Below, piece by piece: positions 33,391 to 41,494 of a DNA stretch of 64,000 nt. Origin of the DNA: an uncultured Gemmatimonadaceae bacterium (GTDB lineage: Bacteria > Gemmatimonadota > Gemmatimonadetes > Gemmatimonadales > Gemmatimonadaceae); NCBI GenBank assembly GCA_963761305.1, contig CAVXGK010000002.1:1504001-1568000 (forward strand), in the 5' to 3' direction. Each line of letters begins with the position of its first letter. Within the stretch, counting starts at the first letter, position 1. A model generated the notes under the pieces. It saw only the letters and a list, made by a program, of their open reading frames with translations, did not search any database and was not told the origin of the DNA. Made by a program: the position numbers and the translations under genes.

Positions 33391-33458
33391 AGGCGGGCGA
33401 ACGGCTGGACGTCACAGCCGACCGAGGGCGCGACGGTCTGTTGCCGCCGCGCCCTCAC

Positions 33459-34466
33459 TCACTGCTCGGCCTTGAGAATGCCGACGGCTCCCTTGGTCGC
33501 GTCGGCAAACGCGTGCGTCACGAACGGATATTCGCCGGGCTGCTTGAGCCGGATTTCGAAGATCGACGCGCCCCCGACTGGCACGCTCACCGTCTGTACG
33601 CCCACCAGCGGACTCGTCTGAGATCCGTCAACGTAGACGCGCTCGAAGATGCCGCCCACGACGTGGAACGAGGAGAGCCGGTTTGGACCCGCGTTCACGA
33701 CGTAGAGACGCAGCAGCTCGTTCACCTTCACGCTGATCGGATGCGTCGAGTACTGCGCCGCGCGCCCGTTGAATGTCACATAGTCCGGCGCAAGGCCGAG
33801 CAGCCGATCCCATGAAAGCATTTTCGGCTGCCGCGTCGTGTCCGGCATCATGTAGAACTCGCTCTGCACGAAGACCAATTCGTGCGCGGGCGGGCGCGGA
33901 GTGCGCGGATCGACGATGAGCGCCCCGTACATGCCGTTCGCGATGTGCGCCGCCACCGGTGCCGTGCCGCAGTGGTACATGAAGACTCCAGGCACTTCGA
34001 CCAGGAACCGATAGTGGATCGAGTCGTTGGGGTTGACGTTGGTGTAGTATTTGTTCGGCGCGATCTGCGCGGCGTGGAAGTCCATGCTGTGCGGAATCGC
34101 TGCGCGATTCACCAACGTGAAATCGACGCTGTCGCCCTGGGTCACGCGAATCGTCGGGCCCGGTACGCGCCCAGCGAAGCTCCATGCGTGGTAAGGCACG
34201 CCGTTCGAGACGTCGATCACCGTGTCGTGGATTTCCAACCGTACGCGAACGAGGTGTTGGCTCGCCCGCGGCGGCGGCGAGGGGTCCACCGGAGCCGAGT
34301 CCACCGCAGTGCCGACGCGGGCTTCGCCGTGCGAGATGTCCGCCGGGACCGCGGTCGGTGCGGACTGTTCGCCCGGCTTGGTGCGTTGGTTTGCCGGAGG
34401 CGCATTTGAATTGCACGCCACTGACAGAGCGATCGTTCCTGCCAGCCACGCACGTCGATCGAGCAT
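33459..34466 (-). CDS. nirK: Copper-containing nitrite reductase (AniA-like two-domain), probable lipoprotein
   Basis: PHSMDFHAA (T1 His, catalytic Asp, T2 His), YHCGTAPVAAHIANGM (T2 His, T1 Cys/His/Met), SSFHVVG (catalytic His), YPFVTH (T2 His); DRRAWL...VAC signal. Confidence 0.8.
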   Translation of the reverse strand: MLDRRAWLAGTIALSVACNSNAPPANQRTKPGEQSAPTAVPADISHGEARVGTAVDSAPVDPSPPPRASQHLVRVRLEIHDTVIDVSNGVPYHAWSFAGRVPGPTIRVTQGDSVDFTLVNRAAIPHSMDFHAAQIAPNKYYTNVNPNDSIHYRFLVEVPGVFMYHCGTAPVAAHIANGMYGALIVDPRTPRPPAHELVFVQSEFYMMPDTTRQPKMLSWDRLLGLAPDYVTFNGRAAQYSTHPISVKVNELLRLYVVNAGPNRLSSFHVVGGIFERVYVDGSQTSPLVGVQTVSVPVGGASIFEIRLKQPGEYPFVTHAFADATKGAVGILKAEQ

Positions 34467-34512
34467 CGCGCCCCTCCATTCATTTGGCCGCCGGCGGCCG
34501 TTTCTGGCCTTT

Positions 34513-35604
34513 CTATTTCGGAAAGATCACCGGAAACACCACGTCGGTCGTGAAGATGCAGCGATCATTGTGACCGCACTCCGGAACGATGATCGCGTTG
34601 TGCTTCGCGCCGAGCTTTTCCGTCACGTACTTGAAGAACGCTTCGCCGCGCGCGCGGCGCGTCGGGCCTTGCGCCATCGCGTTGGGCGACGAATCGAACC
34701 CGCCGAGCGGAAGGACGTCGACCTGACCCAGCAAGTAGGTCGTCGGGCGCTCGACGAGCTGCTTGATCAACTGCTCGTTGGACGGCCCCGCGGCGTAGCC
34801 GGCTCGATTCTCGAGGCCGGAAGGCCATCGGTTGTAGTTGCGAGCCTTCGTCGTGTCGAACGCCCCGAACTCGAAGTTCGCGTTCAATTTCTCACCGTCG
34901 GGACCGAGCGCTTCCTTGTCTGCGGTCGCCGGGTTCGCGTCGCCACTCGGCAGCGGCCGCACCGCGGCGGGCCACGCGTAGCTCGACGGATTGGCGACGA
35001 CATACGTGATGCTGACGCCGGCCGTGCCGTGCACCTTGTTCGTCATCTCGTAGCGCGTCGCGAACTGGCCGCCCGCGGAATGCCCGGCGACGACGATCTG
35101 TCTGAGATTCGGGAAGATCTTCTTGTCCGCGAGCTTGCGGACGATCTCGTCGACGAAGTCGAACGACGTGATCGTGGAGTTCGTCGGCGACACACCGCCC
35201 GATCGCCAAGAATTCTGCCCTTCCGGCCACATCACCTCGTTGCCGGCCGGCTTGTCCGTGCCGGCGATGAAGTGCGGGGCGACGACGATCGTGTTGTCGA
35301 GCGCCCTGGCGAGAAACGCGGCCGCGGTGCTCGTCTCGAAATAGTGGTCGGCGTTGCGCCCCGCGCCGTGTACCATGACGAGCGCGCGCGTGATCGCCGG
35401 ATTTGGCGCGTCGAGCGGATACGACGCGTAGACCATGGAGCGCGCCGGCCCGCCGCCGTACATGATCCAGCGTTCGCAGGGCGCTGTCGCCGTGGTGCAT
35501 GGGGGCGCAGCCGGCGCAACGGGGACCGAATTTGACGCCGCGCGAGTACCGGAGGTGGTGGGGATGGCGGCGCCGAGCAGGGCGAGCACAATATTAAGAC
35601 GCAT
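34513..35604 (-). CDS. Secreted alpha/beta hydrolase
   Basis: VMVHGAGRNADHY, GHSAGGQF nucleophile elbow, ANPSSY, AMAQG..R..RG, PECGHN. Confidence 0.85.
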   Translation of the reverse strand: MRLNIVLALLGAAIPTTSGTRAASNSVPVAPAAPPCTTATAPCERWIMYGGGPARSMVYASYPLDAPNPAITRALVMVHGAGRNADHYFETSTAAAFLARALDNTIVVAPHFIAGTDKPAGNEVMWPEGQNSWRSGGVSPTNSTITSFDFVDEIVRKLADKKIFPNLRQIVVAGHSAGGQFATRYEMTNKVHGTAGVSITYVVANPSSYAWPAAVRPLPSGDANPATADKEALGPDGEKLNANFEFGAFDTTKARNYNRWPSGLENRAGYAAGPSNEQLIKQLVERPTTYLLGQVDVLPLGGFDSSPNAMAQGPTRRARGEAFFKYVTEKLGAKHNAIIVPECGHNDRCIFTTDVVFPVIFPK

Positions 35605-35742
35605 GGCAATGAGAGAAGTGAGGCCGCAGTTTGTCAGTGACCGTCGTTAATGATGGACCACGATCCCCGAGGGGGCGAGAGGTGGCCGACCGCACCGCCC
35701 CAGGCCGTTCGACCCATCGCGATCTCGCTCGAGCGATAGCCC

Positions 35743-36024
35743 ATGTTGGTGCTTGGCTTTCTCAGAGAGTGGCCGATCGTCGCGTTTCTGCCGGCGGCGC
35801 TCTACTTCGCCCTCGGGGTTCGCACGCGACGCGCGTTGGTGTGGAGTGCCGGTTTCATTTGGGCCGGCTACGGGATGTACGAGCTCCTCATGAGGACGCA
35901 CGTCCTCTGCCCCGACGAATGCGCTCGCGCCGACGTGTTGTTCATCGATCCATTTCTCATCGTTCTGTCGATCGTGGCGCTGTTGTCGGCGTCGCGCGGG
36001 CGAAAGGAAACCGACCTGGCATGA
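35743..36024 (+). CDS. Small membrane hypothetical protein
   Basis: Three hydrophobic segments; W..Y..YE...C..EC.R.D.L.I.P pattern. Confidence 0.6.
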   Translation: MLVLGFLREWPIVAFLPAALYFALGVRTRRALVWSAGFIWAGYGMYELLMRTHVLCPDECARADVLFIDPFLIVLSIVALLSASRGRKETDLA

Positions 36025-36067
36025 CGCACAGCCAGCGAGATGGTAGCAGGCGTCGCCGCGGTCACCA

Positions 36068-36895
36068 ATGAGCGACGCCGCCGTCGAATTCACGTTCGAA
36101 GGACAGACCATTCGATTCGAGGCGGTCACTGCGGATGAGCACGTCATCCAGGCGATGCAGCGTCTGGAGACGTTCTACGAGCTCGACGTGCTCGACGCCA
36201 TTCGCGAATCGAGCGTGGGCCGTGAGCCGCGCGGAGCCGCCCTGGACATCGGCGCCTTCATCGGCACCCACAGCGTGTTCTTCGCCAAGTACTGCGGCTT
36301 CGCACCCGTCATCGCCTTCGAGCCCAATCCCGTCACGTTTCCCCTCCTCGCGCGCAACATCGCCGCGAACGATCTCACCGACGCCGTGCTTGCGGTCCCA
36401 CGGGCCCTCGGCGCGCGGCTCGGCCGTGCGACGGTGGTGGCGGGCAGCGAGACCAATCGTGGGAATGCGAGTATCGACTTCGAGGGCGGCGGATCGACGC
36501 CGGTGTCGACGGTGGACAGCGAGGTCGGCGGACGCCGCGAGCCCATCGGCCTCCTCAAGATCGATGTGGAAGGCGCCGAGCTGGCGGTGCTCGCCGGCGC
36601 CGCCGAGACGATACGGCGGCATCGTCCACTCCTGTGCGTCGAGCTTCACACCGCGGCGCGGTTGCGGCGCGCAATGCACCTCCTGCCCGGGTACTGGATC
36701 GTAGAGTGCCGCGGCTGGTCGCCCACGTATCTCATCGAGCCCGCCCGTACCTCCGCCGCGCGTCGGGCCATCGTGAACGCGACGTGGGCGCTTCGCGCGG
36801 CGCTGCCCGACCGGCTTGTGGCGCTTCGGTGGTACCTGCGCCGTTTGGCCCGGCTGCTCGCCGGCCTGCGCGAGCGTCGGCTCCCGAACCTGTGA
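36068..36895 (+). CDS. FkbM family methyltransferase
   Basis: FYELDVL, ALDIGAFIGTHS, AFEPNP, LLKIDVEGAE..VL.GA...I.RHRP.L.VE. Confidence 0.92.
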   Translation: MSDAAVEFTFEGQTIRFEAVTADEHVIQAMQRLETFYELDVLDAIRESSVGREPRGAALDIGAFIGTHSVFFAKYCGFAPVIAFEPNPVTFPLLARNIAANDLTDAVLAVPRALGARLGRATVVAGSETNRGNASIDFEGGGSTPVSTVDSEVGGRREPIGLLKIDVEGAELAVLAGAAETIRRHRPLLCVELHTAARLRRAMHLLPGYWIVECRGWSPTYLIEPARTSAARRAIVNATWALRAALPDRLVALRWYLRRLARLLAGLRERRLPNL

Positions 36896-36926
36896 CGTCG
36901 GTCGAACGTGACGCAGGAGCCCGGCC

Positions 36927-38237
36927 CTGGGCCTGACGCGCATCGTTTCGAGTTCGCGCGCAGCGACCCTCGTATTCGCGATGCTCGGCGCCTGCTCTCG
37001 CGCCAACTCGCCTGCGTCGTCAGTTCAATCCGAGACGGACGCCTGTCCGTGGCGGTGGACGCCGGCGGAAACGCTGTTCGTTCGAGGCGCGTCGTTCGCC
37101 TTCGGCGGAGCCAATCGTTCGCCTCGCGCCATCCCGCTCGGCGGTGCGATGGCCCTCATGGGCGATCACATGAGTCTCTACGCCGACACCGAGACGACGT
37201 CGATGCGCATGGTCGGCGTGACGCTCGACGCGAGCAGACACGCCGAGCTGATTCTCAAACCCCCGTTCATGGGCGACGTATTCGGCTCGGATTCCTGGGT
37301 CGTTCCCGGCTCGGCGGGGACCGTCCACGTCGTGTGGACGACGCCCTCGGTGTCGCCCGTACACGTCGTGCACACGTCCACCGACGGTGCGCGATGGGCG
37401 TCGCCCGACACGCTTTTCTCGGTGTCGCCCGATTTCACCGAGTCGGATGTCGTCGCGGCCGCGGGCGACGACGTCGTTGTCGCCCTGCCCGCCACCATTG
37501 GACAGTTTTCAGGCTTGGTCGTTGGGACTCGCAGGCACGGGAAGTGGGCAGTCGATCGATTCGACGTGCCACACGAACCGCTCCACGACCTGCCGCTCGC
37601 TACCGGGATGGATCGTTCCGGCACGACGGTCGCGTACTTCCGGCTGTCGGCGCCCAGCGGCGGTCGAACGCCGAGCGATTCATTGGGGCTGTACGCTCGT
37701 CATCGTCCGTGGGGCGGGGCGTGGGGACCTGAGACACAGGTCTACGCGCACGAGGGCTTCTCGTCGATTGCGGTCGAGACACGCGACGGCGTCTTTCACC
37801 TGTTTTGGCACGGCATGAGCGGAGCCGACTCGTCGATCCTCCATCACGCCGAGACGCGCGATTTCAAATCGTGGCAGCTCGCCCAAGTGTCGCTCCCACC
37901 CGACATCCAGAGCATCGAGGGCGCGCCCGAAGGCAACGGCGCGCGCATCGTCATGCTGCAAGCGGACTCGCCGAATGGCTTGGAGATGAAGTATTCGCGT
38001 CTCGTGACGGTCGGCTGGGGACCGTCGGGATTCTCCGCGTTCGACAGCATCCCGGGCGCCCACCCCGGCGACTTCCCAAGCATTTCTCGCGTCGCGAACG
38101 ACACAAGCGTCGTCATCTGGGACGGAATGCGCGTCGCCGTTCAATCGACGCGACATCCCCGGAAGGGGCCGTCGCATTGGACGTCGTACGTCCCTGTGAC
38201 GATTCTCGCACGCCACGTTCGAGACTGCCCGCGCTGA
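36927..38237 (+). CDS. Hypothetical lipoprotein, probable beta-propeller (Asp-box-like)
   Basis: Lipobox LGAC; STDGARW and TRDFKSW Asp-box-like motifs; repeated VHVVW/FHLFW strands. Start inferred at CTG 36927; the first ATG is at 36981. Confidence 0.6.
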   Translation: MGLTRIVSSSRAATLVFAMLGACSRANSPASSVQSETDACPWRWTPAETLFVRGASFAFGGANRSPRAIPLGGAMALMGDHMSLYADTETTSMRMVGVTLDASRHAELILKPPFMGDVFGSDSWVVPGSAGTVHVVWTTPSVSPVHVVHTSTDGARWASPDTLFSVSPDFTESDVVAAAGDDVVVALPATIGQFSGLVVGTRRHGKWAVDRFDVPHEPLHDLPLATGMDRSGTTVAYFRLSAPSGGRTPSDSLGLYARHRPWGGAWGPETQVYAHEGFSSIAVETRDGVFHLFWHGMSGADSSILHHAETRDFKSWQLAQVSLPPDIQSIEGAPEGNGARIVMLQADSPNGLEMKYSRLVTVGWGPSGFSAFDSIPGAHPGDFPSISRVANDTSVVIWDGMRVAVQSTRHPRKGPSHWTSYVPVTILARHVRDCPR

Positions 38238-38378
38238 CCGCACGCCGGGCGCAACCGGAATCGCCTCATCGCGTCCGCTTATCGCCGCGGATGGCGTAAG
38301 CCTGAGTAGGAAGACGCGACAGCCCGAGGCGGGTCATGAGCGCGTCGTTCGAACAACCCTACAGGAAAGTGCGTCGCC

Positions 38379-38822
38379 ATGAACGAATACAGTTCAGTGC
38401 ACCCAGGCATTCGCTTTTCGCGGTTCGCATTTCGATTCGCCGGCCTTCTGGGCCTTCTCGAAATCGTGCCGCTCTACTTCTCCGAGGGCGCGCTGAATCG
38501 CAACCAGCCGCCCGCACTCACGCATCCAGAGTTCTACTATGGATTCATCGGTGTCGTGATCGCGTGGCAGATCGCCTTTCTGATCATCTCCAGCGACCCG
38601 CTCCGGTATCAGCCGCTCTTCCCGGCGGTGTTTCTGGAGAAGCTCCTCTACCCCGCCGCTCTGGCCATGCTGTGCGCCGACGGCCGCGTACAGGCGCCGG
38701 TGACGCTCGCCGGCGGCGCGATCGATCTCGGACTGCTGGCGCTCTTCATCGTCGCGTGGATGAAGCTCAGTAAGGTGCCCGCGGATCCGTGGGCGATCGC
38801 GTCCGCGTCGCGGTGGTGGTAG
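38379..38822 (+). CDS. Membrane hypothetical protein
   Basis: Four TM segments; THPEFYYGF.GV..AWQ..F..I..DP.RY.P motif. Confidence 0.75.
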   Translation: MNEYSSVHPGIRFSRFAFRFAGLLGLLEIVPLYFSEGALNRNQPPALTHPEFYYGFIGVVIAWQIAFLIISSDPLRYQPLFPAVFLEKLLYPAALAMLCADGRVQAPVTLAGGAIDLGLLALFIVAWMKLSKVPADPWAIASASRWW

Positions 38823-38831
38823 TTAGGGTCG

Positions 38832-40904
38832 CTACGTCGCTGCGCGGAGGATTGGCTCTTCGCGCACCGCGTAGATCGCCGCGGCGGCGTAGAGCAACGC
38901 GGCCACGATGTACATCGCCTTGATCCCGAGTGCCATGGCGCTGTACTCCAGCACGCCGCCGAGAATGGCGCCGATCAGGTTGTAGGCGAGCGCGCGAGCG
39001 GCGTCGCCGCGCCGCGCCAACAGCGTCGAGAAGATCAGCGACGCAAAGAGAATCGGCAGCGCGACCATCAGCGCGCCCGCACCCCATTGCGCCGCCGTGC
39101 CGAGCGGCAGGAGCGCGCTGGCCGGAATGACGTACGCGATGGCCAACGTCGCGAAGAGCGCGACGAACAGCGGCGCGGTTCGCTTCGGCTGGCGCCGCTG
39201 GATGAACAGGTTTGCGATCAGCACCATGACCATGATCGCCGCGAACACCATGAGGTTCACCGTCCACGTCGACCCGAAGAGCAACGACATCTCCGTGACG
39301 CTCTTCGTCTCCACGAGCAGGAACCCGGCGCCCATGAAGAACATCGCCGCGTCCCAGCGGCCGCTGAGCGACCGACGCGCGCCGATGCCCATGAAGAGCG
39401 CCGCTATGACCAGCAGCACGGCGAGCGCCGCGATGTAGTGCGCCGGAATCGTGCGGCCCGTCAGATAGAGGTACGGCCAATCGTCGTGCGGGCGCTCCGT
39501 GCGCTGCGTCAGGTCGGCGAACGCCGCGGGACTGAGCGCCGGTACGTCGCGTGCACCGTGCCCCGCGACGAACGTGAGGTTGAACAACCCCTCGTGCTCG
39601 GCGAACGTGCCGGGCGGCTCGCCGAAGGCCTCGCCGATCATCTGGTAGAGCTTCGCGCCGATCGCCGCATTCGCCGACATGTGATACGCGATGAGCGTTC
39701 CATCGGGCTTGAGCCGCGCGCGCGCCGACGCAAACGACTCGACGGTGTACACATAGTTGTCGAGCCGTACGGAGCTCATGCCCGACAGCAGCGTCTGGCT
39801 GTCGAGCGTGCCGAAGATGATGACGTTGTAATGCTGCTGCGTCGTGCGCAGGAAGGCCCGCGCGTCGTTGATGTGCCGATGCACGCGGGGATTCGAGTAC
39901 GGCTGCTTCGGATGACCGGCGGCGCCGATGTCGGCGATCACCGGATCGATCTCCACCGCGTCGATGTACTTGGCACCGTTCTTCAGCAGCACGGCGACAT
40001 CGTTGCCCGTGCCGGCGCCGACGACGAGCGCCGTGTCGAGTCGGGCGGCGTAGTGATATGGACGCTCGTACGCCGGAAGGACTCTATGGATGTACGAATT
40101 CGGTATCGCCGCGTGGGCCGAGTCGAGCGGCAACATGATCTGGTGCAGCGAACCGTTCACCAACAGCGTGAAGCCACCGTCTTCGCGTCGCAGCAAGTTG
40201 ATGCGATAGTACGGTGACCAGAACTCGGGTTTCATACGGTTCGTCCACGACGCCAGCGCTAGCACCGCCGCACCGGCGGCGCCCACCGCGAGCACGAATC
40301 GCCGGTCGCGGATCGACGACAACACGAGCGCGGTGAATCCGATGGCCAACCAGACGATGGGAGGCTGGCGAAGCGCGCTCAGCGCGCCGAACGCGAGAAT
40401 ACCGGCGAGGCTCCCGGCGATGTCCGCCGCGTACGCCCGCAGGGGCGCCAACTTGCGGAACTGCTCACCGACGAGCGCCCCGAGGGGTACGAAAAACAGC
40501 GCGAGGAGCGCGAACAGCACCGCGACGACCACGATCAACGGAATCGAATGCGTGCCGGCGCTGCCGAAGATCCCCCAGATGAACTCGCTCTTGTCGTTGG
40601 GCACCGCGATGCGCGCCACGCTGAACGCGGCCACCGCGCCGAGCAGCACGACCGCGACCGGCGGCAGCAGCCACTTCAATCGAGGCGCCGAAGCCGCGCG
40701 TAACAACCCGACTCCCATGCCGAGGAACGTGGCGATGAGCACGAAATTCTGATAGAACCCGAATACACGAACGTAGCCGGACGTGTAACGGATCCACGCC
40801 AGCTCGAAGAATAGAATGAGGCCGGTGTACGTCGCGAGCCGGAACGCGGCGCCCGAGGCATCGGCCGGCGTTGCGACAAAGGTCGGCGTGAACGCCCGGT
40901 TCAT
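38832..40904 (-). CDS. Multi-pass membrane protein fused to a spermidine-synthase-like class I SAM domain
   Basis: LFFELAWIR, AYAADIAGSLAG, WSPYYRI, LVVGAGTGNDV, DAVEIDP, DARAFL, DDWPYLYL, GAGFLLVETK. Start at 40904 or 40988. Confidence 0.85.
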   Translation of the reverse strand: MNRAFTPTFVATPADASGAAFRLATYTGLILFFELAWIRYTSGYVRVFGFYQNFVLIATFLGMGVGLLRAASAPRLKWLLPPVAVVLLGAVAAFSVARIAVPNDKSEFIWGIFGSAGTHSIPLIVVVAVLFALLALFFVPLGALVGEQFRKLAPLRAYAADIAGSLAGILAFGALSALRQPPIVWLAIGFTALVLSSIRDRRFVLAVGAAGAAVLALASWTNRMKPEFWSPYYRINLLRREDGGFTLLVNGSLHQIMLPLDSAHAAIPNSYIHRVLPAYERPYHYAARLDTALVVGAGTGNDVAVLLKNGAKYIDAVEIDPVIADIGAAGHPKQPYSNPRVHRHINDARAFLRTTQQHYNVIIFGTLDSQTLLSGMSSVRLDNYVYTVESFASARARLKPDGTLIAYHMSANAAIGAKLYQMIGEAFGEPPGTFAEHEGLFNLTFVAGHGARDVPALSPAAFADLTQRTERPHDDWPYLYLTGRTIPAHYIAALAVLLVIAALFMGIGARRSLSGRWDAAMFFMGAGFLLVETKSVTEMSLLFGSTWTVNLMVFAAIMVMVLIANLFIQRRQPKRTAPLFVALFATLAIAYVIPASALLPLGTAAQWGAGALMVALPILFASLIFSTLLARRGDAARALAYNLIGAILGGVLEYSAMALGIKAMYIVAALLYAAAAIYAVREEPILRAAT

Positions 40905-41149
40905 CGGCGTGCGCCACTTTTCGCGGACGGGGGCTCGCGCCGGAGCTGGTGTCGGGGTCGGGGTCGGGGTCGGGAGGCGCTCTGGCATACTCGGAGGACG
41001 ACGGCTGTCGCGGGGAGTCACCGACCGCCGTCGCGGTCGTCCTATGCCGCTCGCGGCAGCGAGACCGCGGGTCCGCGCCGCGAAGCGCCACACCCATTGC
41101 GATACTATGCCTAGCGCGTTACAGTCACATCGTCCAACGCGGAGCGCCC

Positions 41150-41494
41150 GTGACACGCGACAAGACCGAGCTGCTGCAAGGCACGCTCGGCATGCTGATC
41201 CTCAAGGCGCTCGTCGGCCAGGATCTTCACGGCTACAGCATCGCGCGCTGGATCGAGGACGTCACCAAACAATCGTTGGCGATTCCCGAAGGCTCGCTCT
41301 ACCCGGCGCTCCGCAGGCTCGAAGATCGCGGCCTGGTCGGCTCGAAGTGGAAACTCTCCGACACGGGGCGCCGCGTGCGGGTGTACTCGCTCACGCGTAC
41401 CGGCCGGGCGCACCTCGACGCCGAGGCGTCGACGTGGATGGATCTGTCGCGCGCCATCTCGCTCGTGCTTCGCGCGGAGCCGTCCGTTGTCTGA
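41150..41494 (+). CDS. PadR family transcriptional regulator
   Basis: LLQGTLGMLILKAL...HGYSIARWIE...GSLYPALRRLE.RG...W..SDTGRR...YSLT..GR; GTG start with GGAG. Confidence 0.95.
   Translation: MTRDKTELLQGTLGMLILKALVGQDLHGYSIARWIEDVTKQSLAIPEGSLYPALRRLEDRGLVGSKWKLSDTGRRVRVYSLTRTGRAHLDAEASTWMDLSRAISLVLRAEPSVV

Noticed and set aside
40949..40975. GTCGGG hexamer repeat (PTPTPT)
   Set aside because: Only about 4 units, a low-complexity linker or UTR; no evidence of function.
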